Source: Propionibacteriaceae bacterium
GTDB lineage: Bacteria; Actinomycetota; Actinomycetes; Propionibacteriales; Propionibacteriaceae
NCBI GenBank assembly: GCA_031256725.1
Contig: JAIRQE010000026.1
Coordinates: 1 to 32,000 of the forward strand
Direction of reading: 5' to 3'
Length of the DNA: 32,000 nucleotides
Shown here piece after piece: positions 7,405 through 14,591 of this stretch (position 1 is the first letter of the stretch; every line of letters starts with the position of its first letter). The translations under genes were made by a program, and so were the position numbers. A model generated the notes under the pieces. It saw only the letters and a list, made by a program, of their open reading frames with translations, was not told the DNA's origin and searched no databases.

Positions 7405-8091
7405 CTACACAATCGAGAAACCCCAGATAATGAGTACCTGGGCGACAATATAGGTCAACATGACGAGGAAGTAGACCCTTGTTCCTCTGAAGGTACGCAA
7501 AGAAAGCAAGGTGTCGGAGACGATAAACAAGATGGCACCTGCAAAGATGGCAATTCCGCCGAAGGATCGTTGGGCTAGGAGTACCTGACAAGCAAAGACG
7601 GCCATGAGGATAAGGATTGCCTCATAGATGGCAATGGGGAGTTTCATGTCCCCAGTGGGACGAATGGCCCGATAGACGATGAGACTGTAGGTGGTACCCA
7701 CGACAAGACTCACGGCCAACCCAAGAAGACTCATAGGCACAGCAAACTCCCACATGGCAATGATGTAGCACACGTGGCAGATCAGGAAACTCGCAATTCC
7801 CAGTTGGAAACGAAGCATAGGTTCAAGGTCGATGAGCAGGATGTCCCCAATCCAGGCGAACACTAGGGCGCATATAACGAGAACAAGAATAGTTGCCGTA
7901 CTCGCGCAATAGATTCCCACAACGAGTGGCATCAAACACCCCCTGAGGATGTACTGAAAAAGGGTTTCCTTGAACCCAATACTGACCAGATAGATGACCG
8001 AAACAACACCAAGGACTATCAATAAAATGAGTCTAAGGTCCACGGCGACTCCCTCACAGGTCGATGGCCCAATCCTAGCGATTGCATACAT
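7405..8091 (-). CDS. YhhN-family (lysoplasmalogenase-like) membrane protein
   Basis: 228-aa multi-TM protein with family-like motifs AWIGDILLI, FLICHVCYI and GAILFIVSDTLLSL. It is convergent with the previous gene; the stops are 9 nt apart. Confidence 0.6.
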   Translation of the reverse strand: MYAIARIGPSTCEGVAVDLRLILLIVLGVVSVIYLVSIGFKETLFQYILRGCLMPLVVGIYCASTATILVLVICALVFAWIGDILLIDLEPMLRFQLGIASFLICHVCYIIAMWEFAVPMSLLGLAVSLVVGTTYSLIVYRAIRPTGDMKLPIAIYEAILILMAVFACQVLLAQRSFGGIAIFAGAILFIVSDTLLSLRTFRGTRVYFLVMLTYIVAQVLIIWGFSIV

Positions 8092-8153
8092 AGTTCTACC
8101 TCAAACCGCTAATACAGGTACACTCATAGGGTTCATCCATCGAAAGCGAGCTC

Positions 8154-10016
8154 ATGCCAACACGACCTGATCTGCGAAATGTCGCCATCATTGCACACGT
8201 CGACCACGGAAAGACCACTCTTGTGGATGCGATGCTGTGGCAATCAGGTGCCTTCCGCGCCAACCAGGAAGTGGAAACCCGGGTCATGGATTCCATGGAT
8301 CTGGAGCGTGAGAAGGGGATCACGATCCTCGCTAAGAACACCTCTGTGGCCTCCCATGATGCTGAGGGAAATCCGATCCTCATCAACATCATTGATACCC
8401 CTGGTCACGCTGACTTCGGTGGTGAAGTTGAACGTGGTTTAGAGATGGTTGACGGGGTACTCCTGCTCGTCGATGCTAGTGAAGGGCCGCTGCCTCAGAC
8501 GAGATTCGTCCTGCGTAAGGCCCTCGCCAAACATCTGCCGATTGTACTGGTTGTCAACAAGGTTGACCGTGCGGATGCCCGAATTGCCGAGGTCGTGGAT
8601 GAGACCTATGCCCTGTTCATGGATCTCCTGGATGATGATGAGGCCGATAAACTCGATTTCCCTATCGTGTACTGTGCGGCTAAGGCGGGTCGCGCATCCT
8701 TGAACCAACCAGCAGATGCCACGATGCCTGATTCCGAGAATCTGCGCCCCCTGTTTGAGACAATCTTCACTCACATTCCCGCTCCCTCCTATGAGGAGGG
8801 CCACTGTCTTCAAGCCCATGTCACTAACCTGGATGCATCCCCCTATCTGGGGCGTTTGGCCTTGTGCCGAGTGGTGAATGGTACCCTCACCAAGGGTCAG
8901 ATGGTGGCGTGGTGTAAGCGCGATGGCTCTGTGGTGAATGTGAAACTTTCAGAGTTGTTGCGTACGGAAGCCCTTGATCGTGTACCAGCCGAATCCGCAG
9001 GACCTGGTGACATCGTGGCTATCGCGGGAATCCCCGAGATCAACATCGGTGAAACTCTCTCCGATCCCGATAACCCTCTACCGCTTCCGCTGATCCATGT
9101 CGATGAGCCCTCGATCTCGGTGACTGTCGGGATCAACACCTCTCCCTTGTCTGGTCGTTCCGGCAAGAATCTGACGGCCCGACTCGTCAAGGCCCGCCTG
9201 GATCAAGAGTTGGTGGGCAATGTTTCCATTCGCGTGCTCCCCACTGAACGCCCCGATGCTTGGGAGGTACAGGGCCGGGGCGAACTCCAACTTGCCATCC
9301 TCGTCGAGATCATGAGGCGTGAATCCTTCGAGCTCACTGTCGGCAAACCCCAGGTGGTCACCAAAACCATCGACGGGAAACTCCACGAACCAACTGAAAG
9401 ACTCACCATTGATGCCCCCGAAGAGTACGTCGGCGCCGTCACCCAACTCCTGGGTCTACGCAAGGGACGCCTCGAACAGATGGTCAACCACGGTACAGGT
9501 TGGGTACGCATCGAGTACATCGTCCCCGCGCGTGGACTCATCGGTTTCCGTACTGAATTCCTCACCGAAACCAGGGGTACGGGCATCATGAACCACGTCT
9601 TCGAAGGCTACGAGCCGTGGGCCGGTGACATGCGTCTACGCCCAACCGGCTCCCTGGTGGCCGACCGTTCCGGGACTGTAACCTCCTATGCTCTATTCAA
9701 CCTCCAAGAACGCGGCTCCCTGTTCATCTCCCCTGGCATGGAGGTGTACGAAGGCATGATCGTTGGCGAGAATCCCCGCCAAGAAGACATGGATGTCAAC
9801 CCCACCAAGGAAAAGAAGCTTACCAATATCCGTTCCTCCACTGGCGATGAACTGGAGAGGTTGGTGCCCGCTCGAATCCTGAGTCTGGAGGCCGCTCTAG
9901 AGTTCTGTCGCGAGGATGAGTGCGTGGAGATCACCCCCTCGGAAATCCGACTGCGCAAGGTTGAACTCGACGCGAACAAGCGTGCTCGTACCCGTTCGAG
10001 GGCAAAGAGTGCCTGA
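8154..10016 (+). CDS. typA: Translational GTPase TypA/BipA
   Basis: 620 aa with G1 [10 protein letters not shown]3 DTPGHADF and G4 NKVD. The length and EF-G-like domain order are characteristic. Confidence 0.95.
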   Translation: MPTRPDLRNVAIIAHVDHGKTTLVDAMLWQSGAFRANQEVETRVMDSMDLEREKGITILAKNTSVASHDAEGNPILINIIDTPGHADFGGEVERGLEMVDGVLLLVDASEGPLPQTRFVLRKALAKHLPIVLVVNKVDRADARIAEVVDETYALFMDLLDDDEADKLDFPIVYCAAKAGRASLNQPADATMPDSENLRPLFETIFTHIPAPSYEEGHCLQAHVTNLDASPYLGRLALCRVVNGTLTKGQMVAWCKRDGSVVNVKLSELLRTEALDRVPAESAGPGDIVAIAGIPEINIGETLSDPDNPLPLPLIHVDEPSISVTVGINTSPLSGRSGKNLTARLVKARLDQELVGNVSIRVLPTERPDAWEVQGRGELQLAILVEIMRRESFELTVGKPQVVTKTIDGKLHEPTERLTIDAPEEYVGAVTQLLGLRKGRLEQMVNHGTGWVRIEYIVPARGLIGFRTEFLTETRGTGIMNHVFEGYEPWAGDMRLRPTGSLVADRSGTVTSYALFNLQERGSLFISPGMEVYEGMIVGENPRQEDMDVNPTKEKKLTNIRSSTGDELERLVPARILSLEAALEFCREDECVEITPSEIRLRKVELDANKRARTRSRAKSA

Positions 10017-10077
10017 TACTCGTGCTGGGAATCCACCGGCGCTCTCGCGGGGGCGTCGTCTAGCACCATGGTCTTTG

Positions 10078-10923
10078 ATGATCATGGCGATCCTATGGGG
10101 GTCGACCTTCTTCTCCATCAAGCGGATTCTGCTCCATCTTCCCGTGAGCGATTTCTTGGCAGTACGATTCCTCATCTCGACTGTGGTACTCGTGATCGTC
10201 TTCCATCGATCCTTGAAGATGAGCAGCCGTACCCTCATTCGCGGGCTGATCCTTGGGGGACTGTGGGCTGCAGCACAACTCCTCCAAACCGCTGGACTCG
10301 CTCACACCGCCGCATCGATCTCCGGATTCGTCACAGGGTTGTACGTGGTCTTCACCCCCGTTTTGGGGCTCATCGTCTTCCGGTTTCGAGTACATCGCTG
10401 GGTGTGGGTAGCAGTCGGCTTAGCGACACTTGGGCTCGCAGCGCTCACGATCCGCCCCGATTCCGAGACCTTCATAGGGTACGGGGAGGCCCTCACTATC
10501 GGATGTGCTGTGATGTACGCCCTCCACATCGTGATCATGGGGCAGTGGTCCACCCCCGAAGAGGCGGGTGCTCTGACGGTAGGCCAATCTGTTTCGATGA
10601 CAGCCATCTTCTTCATCTTTGCTGCTCCGGGTGGGATCACCCTACCCTCCACTGGAGTTGATTGGGCTTGGATGATCTACCTAGCGGTGATCTGTGGGGC
10701 CCTGACCCTGCTGATCCAGACCTGGGCCCAAGGACACATGGAGGCATCCAAGGCCGCAGTCATCATGTGTTCTGAACCTTTGTGGGCTACCTTCTTTGCG
10801 ATTCTTCTCGGTGGTGAGAGACCCAATTGGCTCTTCGCCGTAGGTGCGATTGCGATCCTTGTGGCGATGTATCTGGTGATCCGTCCACCGCCCAATTCAA
10901 AAGACTCCGCCACTATCCAGTAA
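10078..10923 (+). CDS. EamA/DMT-family transporter
   Basis: About 10 TM helices in two halves, with an N-terminus MIMAILWGSTFFSIKR. The track ORF start at 9916 overlaps typA and is rejected. ATG at 10078 is the first start after the typA stop. Confidence 0.8.
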   Translation: MIMAILWGSTFFSIKRILLHLPVSDFLAVRFLISTVVLVIVFHRSLKMSSRTLIRGLILGGLWAAAQLLQTAGLAHTAASISGFVTGLYVVFTPVLGLIVFRFRVHRWVWVAVGLATLGLAALTIRPDSETFIGYGEALTIGCAVMYALHIVIMGQWSTPEEAGALTVGQSVSMTAIFFIFAAPGGITLPSTGVDWAWMIYLAVICGALTLLIQTWAQGHMEASKAAVIMCSEPLWATFFAILLGGERPNWLFAVGAIAILVAMYLVIRPPPNSKDSATIQ

Positions 10924-11140
10924 CTCCAAAGGTGCAAACCTCATCATCTTGCTTGGAGGGTGAAGAGAATGATATGCCAACAAGATACTACTCCCGATGG
11001 GTCTGTAGGAGGCGGATTTATATTTCTTGAGCGTAGATTCGTGGGACCAAAAAAAAGTGTCTTGAAATATGAGAAAACTCTTGACAAGATTATCTAGTTT
11101 TGTGGGATGATACCTATATCTACCCAAGGAGGGGGTTGTC

Positions 11141-11209
11141 ATGAAGCGTCGTTTCTCTGTTCTTCCAGTCGCTGAGGTATACGGAGGCCCCCCAGTAGTT
11201 CATGTGTGA
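11141..11209 (+). CDS. 22-codon ORF at the head of the array (MKRRFSVLPVAEVYGGPPVVHV); possibly a collapsed T-type gene (T1 remnant) or a leader peptide
   Basis: A strong Shine-Dalgarno sequence AAGGAGGGGG lies 5-7 nt before the ATG. TTGACA at 11081-11086 lies upstream. The stop is 12 nt before I1. Similarity to other T tails is weak. Confidence 0.25.
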   Translation: MKRRFSVLPVAEVYGGPPVVHV

Positions 11210-11221
11210 AAGGATGGGACT

Positions 11222-11533
11222 ATGACGATTAAGGAAGATTCATCGGTTGACCAAATGTCAAATAACCTACAACGGAAAATCACTCATATCGCAGTACTCG
11301 TAGTGCCTTTGTCTTGCATGCTGGGGTTTTGTGGTGGCATTCTGGAGAAAACTGCGGTTGCGAAAAACGATGGTTTTTTGACCTATGGTATCCGCCTAGC
11401 TGCCATTCTGGTATTCACTTATACTATGATTCATTTATCACAACATGGAATTCGCGGGTGGCAGAAAATACTCTGCATCATAGTGTCACTACTTATTATA
11501 TGTGGAACAATGTGGTATGTGCTGAGCCTTTAG
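11222..11533 (+). CDS. I1: 103-aa three-TM membrane protein of the IRGW family (putative immunity protein)
   Basis: MTIKEDSS..ITHIAVLVVPLSCMLGFCGGIL..YGIRLAAILVFTYTMIHL..GIRGWQKILCIIVSLLIICGTMWYVLSL. AAAGGA lies 8 nt before the ATG. Confidence 0.7.
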   Translation: MTIKEDSSVDQMSNNLQRKITHIAVLVVPLSCMLGFCGGILEKTAVAKNDGFLTYGIRLAAILVFTYTMIHLSQHGIRGWQKILCIIVSLLIICGTMWYVLSL

Positions 11534-11568
11534 GATTTGAGCAGGGCGTCTATAAACTGACAGGCTAG
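11521..11568 (+). pseudogene. T2 remnant: only the last ~15 codons of a T-type gene (AEPLGFEQGVYKLTG*), fused onto the 3' end of I1
   Basis: This is the tail of track ORF 11314..11568. The rest of that ORF is an off-frame shadow of I1. The FEQGVY peptide is shared with T3 and T5. Confidence 0.4.
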
Positions 11569-11747
11569 AGGGGGGAAGGAATAGTGGTTGGGTGTGTTGA
11601 ATATCGGGGCTTCGTGAATCGGTATAATCAACTCTCGAACACTCAGCGGATTCAGTAGTCTCTGTGGCAAATGCAAAGTCAGGTAGGTTGCCAGCAACAT
11701 AGTGAATTGAATGCTCGTCGGAGCTAATACTTGGCGGAGGTGTCTCA

Positions 11748-12059
11748 TTGCCGGAAAATAAGGAACAGAATTCTCGAAAACTTGGGGTAGATGCGTTGAA
11801 ATCAGTAAGATACTTTGCCCTGTTCGTGTTGCCATTGGTAGTCTTGTTGGGTTATTCGGGGGTAATGCTAGAAAGTAATTTCGAAAGAATGGAAACTGTA
11901 CCGTATATTGGCGTTCGCGTGGCTTCGGCTATGATGATAGTTGCCCTAATACTTGGGTTCCGTTCTCAAGGAATACGAGGATGGTATCTTATTGTATGTT
12001 CTGTTGCTGGAACAGTCGTTTGGTTATTGACAGTTTGGTATTTCTGGCCAAGCGTTTGA
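11748..12059 (+). CDS. I2: 103-aa three-TM IRGW-family membrane protein
   Basis: TTG start with GGCGGAGG 7 nt upstream. Sequence: ..VRYFALFVLPLVVLLGYSGVML..VPYIGVRVASAMMIVALILGF..GIRGWYLIVCSVAGTVVWLLTVWYFW. Confidence 0.7.
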   Translation: MPENKEQNSRKLGVDALKSVRYFALFVLPLVVLLGYSGVMLESNFERMETVPYIGVRVASAMMIVALILGFRSQGIRGWYLIVCSVAGTVVWLLTVWYFWPSV

Positions 12060-12160
12060 GCTTGGTTGCGGTTGCTGAGGCTCGGAAGTCTCGTGAGCAT
12101 GTGGCTGGCTCATCCAAACTATGATGTCATCAAGGCATCGGAAACTCCTGAACCTGCGGA

Positions 12161-12283
12161 GTGAGACTGTCGGAAAACGGTGGGTGGGGGCTTGGTCTGA
12201 CATGCCGAGGAACGTATACATGCACCTCGAAGAATGTAACTCTGTATGCGAAGTGGAAAGCCGTGGGTGGTACTATGACGATT
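12161..12283 (+). pseudogene. Relic sequence: possible Flg_new (Listeria-Bacteroides) repeat end (..KNVTLYAKWKAV) followed by a relic I-type gene start (GGTMTI)
   Basis: Track ORF 12161..12355 reads ..GGWGLGLTCRGTYTCTSKNVTLYAKWKAVGGTMTISVV... The VTLYAKW ending is typical of Flg_new repeats. Positions 12266-12283 match 11213-11230 (the I1 start region) at 16 of 18 nt. Confidence 0.3.
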
Positions 12284-12308
12284 TCAGTCGTTAAACACTT
12301 TACGTGTT

Positions 12309-12725
12309 GTGATGTACTTGCCAGAAGATCCCACAGTGCCAGAAGAAGCAGCTGATAACTTCTTTCAAGGTATGATGAAGGTGGATAATCCAGAAGCAGT
12401 TTTAGCCATAATAACTACAGAGGGTAGGGCAGCTGCAGTGGCAGCTATCTGCACGGGCTTGATGGTATCATCTTTCGCGGCAGGTCTGACAGTAGCTGCT
12501 ATTAATGCATCAGCGTATTTGGACTATACGGCTCAACAGAATGATCTCATTGATGCATATTATAGTTCTTCAAGTGGTTTCCTAGTGGTTGATTCTATGG
12601 TCATCATCACAAATCGTAATGGGATAATATATACAGATCGCTATGTTGACTATTACAGAGCAACCGATATCAATGCTGCGCCGGGAGGATCCTTTGAACA
12701 AGGGGTATATCATATAGGCTCATAG
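12309..12725 (+). CDS. T3: small Ala/Gly-rich protein ending in FEQGVYHIGS (putative toxin/bacteriocin-like partner of I3)
   Basis: 138-aa ORF. An alternative ATG at 12372 gives 117 aa, similar to T5. The central segment is RAAAVAAICTGLMVSSFAAGLTVAAINA. It aligns with T5 at AV..II.E.G, AAG, Q.N, G.LV.V, YRAT and FEQGV. The stop lies 33 nt before I3. Confidence 0.6.
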   Translation: MMYLPEDPTVPEEAADNFFQGMMKVDNPEAVLAIITTEGRAAAVAAICTGLMVSSFAAGLTVAAINASAYLDYTAQQNDLIDAYYSSSSGFLVVDSMVIITNRNGIIYTDRYVDYYRATDINAAPGGSFEQGVYHIGS

Positions 12726-12758
12726 TGGGAAAATTGGAGATTTGATAGAAGGACAGCA

Positions 12759-13070
12759 ATGGAGAATAGTGAATTCGGCATTGATTCGAAGAAAAGAGCG
12801 AAAGAAACATCTCACTTTTTTGTATTATATCTAATTCCAATGTCATGCTTGATTGGGTATTCCCTTGTCACGGCGCAGTCGAACGCAAATCATGAAGGCG
12901 GAATGTTGGCGCTTGGCGTGGGCCTATGCGTTTCTTTGTTGATTGTCCACACTATATACGAATTACGCACTCACAATATACGGGGTTGGTTTGCGGTTGC
13001 CTGCATTGTAGGAGCAATGATTACCCAAGGGCTAACAATATGGTATTGTCTGGCTTCAGTGAAGACGTGA
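12759..13070 (+). CDS. I3: 103-aa three-TM IRGW-family membrane protein
   Basis: GAAGGA lies 6 nt before the ATG. Sequence: ..SHFFVLYLIPMSCLIGYSLV..MLALGVGLCVSLLIVHTIY..NIRGWFAVACIVGAMITQGLTIWYCL. Confidence 0.7.
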   Translation: MENSEFGIDSKKRAKETSHFFVLYLIPMSCLIGYSLVTAQSNANHEGGMLALGVGLCVSLLIVHTIYELRTHNIRGWFAVACIVGAMITQGLTIWYCLASVKT

Positions 13071-13292
13071 TTGGGAATTCGCAGATCGTATGCTTCGAGT
13101 TCTAATTCGAGAAGTGGAATGGGAATTGTCGTATCTTTATGATTTCCTAGCTTATAAAGCATCCGAAGTAGCGGCTTCCTTATTATAGATGACTCATTTA
13201 CTAATGCGTCGCATGCGGTCTACTATAGCTACGGTGTTGATGTAGTCAGCCTAGGAGTATTCAAGCCCGGGATATATGATATTCTATCATAG
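13063..13292 (+). pseudogene. T4: broken T-type gene with N- and C-terminal pieces in different frames and the central segment deleted
   Basis: Frame 1 (13063-13188) reads RRDWEFADRMLRVLIREVEWELSYLYDFLAYKASEVAASLL*, compared with the T5 N-terminus EEWDAVVRIIAEAG. Frame 0 (13158-13292) reads SIRSSGFLIIDDSFTNASHAVYYSYGVDVVSLGVFKPGIYDILS*, compared with the T3 tail SSSGFLVVDS..FEQGVYHIGS*. Confidence 0.45.
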
Positions 13293-13357
13293 TATGACGT
13301 AAAATGGGTTCTGATGGATTACAGTAAGTGGGAAGGTTGTCTTTACCCTTTAATGAT

Positions 13358-13717
13358 ATGAAAAGCAGGGAAAACTTGAATCCTGAGATTGAGGTGTCCA
13401 AGATAGTCGAGCATGACCAGCCACCTATAACTGATGGGCGGATAGTGAAGATGCGAAGGGCACTTGGTTACTTCATATCATTCTTATTGCCAGTAGGTTG
13501 CCTCATGGGTTGTGGCATTGTGTTAATTCAGCCGGAGGCAGGAGAGAAAATTAGATACTTTCCTTATATTGGGGTTCATGTGGCCCTAGCCATGTTGCTT
13601 GTGTACATCGTCTACGACTTTCCATTGCGTCGAATACGAGGTCAGTATGCCGTTGGTTGTTTTGTGGGGTTGATGATAGTTCTGTCTCTGACGATATGGT
13701 ATCTCATGACTCATTAG
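13358..13717 (+). CDS. I4: three-TM IRGW-family membrane protein (motif variant IRGQ) with a longer N-terminus
   Basis: The track ORF starts at GTG 13328, but ATG 13358 (MKSRENLN..) fits the other paralogues better. Neither has a clear Shine-Dalgarno sequence. Sequence: ..YFISFLLPVGCLMGCGIVL..FPYIGVHVALAMLLVYIVY..RIRGQYAVGCFVGLMIVLSLTIWYLM. Confidence 0.65.
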   Translation: MKSRENLNPEIEVSKIVEHDQPPITDGRIVKMRRALGYFISFLLPVGCLMGCGIVLIQPEAGEKIRYFPYIGVHVALAMLLVYIVYDFPLRRIRGQYAVGCFVGLMIVLSLTIWYLMTH

Positions 13718-13763
13718 TAATGATAGTTATTTAGTAGAGACGCGCCCTTTTTGCTAGGAGCTA

Positions 13764-14102
13764 TTGTGGATTGAGAAATCATCCGAGGAAGAGTGGGATG
13801 CGGTCGTTAGGATAATAGCAGAGGCTGGTCTTGTTGATACGGCCGCTGAAATTGCCGTTCGATTTACTCTACCTGGGAAGGTTGCAGCAGGGATTGTGTC
13901 AATATTGGCTGGGATGATAGAGGTTGATATGATCCACCAGAGAAACATGCTTCGTGTGGCAATCACTGCCTGCCCAGACAACGGTCTGGTGGAGGTGCAC
14001 CAGGTCGTTGGTACGCGTCTCCCCATCACGTATAGGGCGACCATGGAAGTTGAGGGTAGTGGTGATTTCGAGCAAGGTGTTCATCGATATACCGCTCGCT
14101 AG
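13764..14102 (+). CDS. T5: 112-aa T-type protein ending in FEQGVHRYTAR
   Basis: A TTG start is the only option in frame, and AGGAG lies just 3 nt upstream, so it may not be efficiently translated. It is homologous to T3 along its whole length. The stop lies 30 nt before I5. Confidence 0.5.
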   Translation: MWIEKSSEEEWDAVVRIIAEAGLVDTAAEIAVRFTLPGKVAAGIVSILAGMIEVDMIHQRNMLRVAITACPDNGLVEVHQVVGTRLPITYRATMEVEGSGDFEQGVHRYTAR

Positions 14103-14132
14103 AAAAGTGTCGTTTACTCTTAAGGATTTTAA

Positions 14133-14445
14133 ATGAAAGAAACGGATGATATAAGCTCAGAGGAGCATCAGGGTCAGACTTTTCGAATAGTGGGTTACTT
14201 GGTAATGCGCATTGTTCCTTTGTCCATCGTGTTTGGATTTGCTGCTGCCCAGAGTGTAAGGCTCGAAGCAACTGGAATGGAAGGCATACTACGACTCATT
14301 ATACACTATATCACTTATAGTTGTATTTGGGGGTAACTCTATCGAACTGAATAATTATCGGATAAAAGGTTGGGCGCGGTTTGCCTGTTTCGTGGCATCA
14401 CTGGGTCTTGTAACCGCGACAGCTTGGTATGCACTTACTCTTTAG
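14133..14445 (+). pseudogene. I5: IRGW-family gene (variant IKGW) disrupted by a frameshift near 14300
   Basis: Frame 0 (track ORF 14133..14336) reads MKETDD..IVGYLVMRIVPLSIVFGFAAA..GILRLII and then stops. The family sequence continues in the +1 frame as ..TISLIVVFGGNSIELNNYRIKGWARFACFVASLGLVTATAWYALTL*, with its stop at 14443-14445. Confidence 0.6.
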
Positions 14446-14574
14446 AATTCTGACTATATCTTGGGCGCCCACCCCCACTTAATCTGAGAGGAGCCCGTTT
14501 GTGTCTGAATTGTGACCTGAATACGTTCGGATTGTGAGCAACAGTACTGGTTGACGCGATAGAATCATGAGGTT

Positions 14575-14591
14575 GGGCGCGAGGCGCGCCC
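14575..14591 (+). promoter_or_regulatory. GC hairpin (GGGCGCG-agg-CGCGCCC) in the 5' leader of the ABC operon, downstream of a TAGAAT -10-like hexamer at 14560-14565
   Basis: A perfect 7-bp inverted repeat with a 3-nt loop was read directly. It lies 26 nt before the ATG at 14617. No U-tract follows. Confidence 0.3.

Larger units (their letters stand above)
11141..14445 (+). repeat. Tandem array of five diverged two-gene modules (T-type small protein or its remnant, plus an I-type 3-TM protein)
   Basis: The five I-type paralogues share motifs, and four T-type 3' ends share FEQGV(Y/H) or FKPGIY. All are on the same strand in AT-rich sequence. See the individual features. Confidence 0.75.

Noticed and set aside
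9916-10077. Upstream extension of the EamA ORF that overlaps the typA 3' end
   Set aside because: The extension is Arg/Pro-rich, non-membrane sequence in an alternative frame of typA. The transporter-like sequence starts at ATG 10078.
11314-11520. Bulk of plus-strand ORF 11314..11568
   Set aside because: It is an off-frame overlap of the I1 gene. Only its last ~15 codons (the FEQGVYKLTG tail) are meaningful, and those are annotated separately.
11530-11835. Minus-strand ORF 11530..11835 (101 aa) between I1 and I2
   Set aside because: It is antisense to the I2 start and the T2 remnant. It has no Shine-Dalgarno sequence, no family resemblance and an unremarkable composition.
12943-12951. TTGTCCACA inside the I3 coding sequence
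   Set aside because: It is a single copy within a codon context (LIVHT), without the AGTT..G flanks or a partner at 30 bp, so it is probably chance.
11141-14445. Possibility that the periodic structure is a CRISPR array or a non-coding tandem repeat
   Set aside because: The units are 500-1000 nt, protein-coding, and conserved at the peptide level rather than the nucleotide level. No short identical direct repeats with unique spacers are present.
14368-14582. Repeated 12-mer AGGTTGGGCGCG at 14368-14379 and 14570-14581
   Set aside because: Dozens of chance 12-mer repeats are expected in 32 kb. One copy is coding (I5) and the other lies in the ABC leader, and no extended similarity surrounds them.
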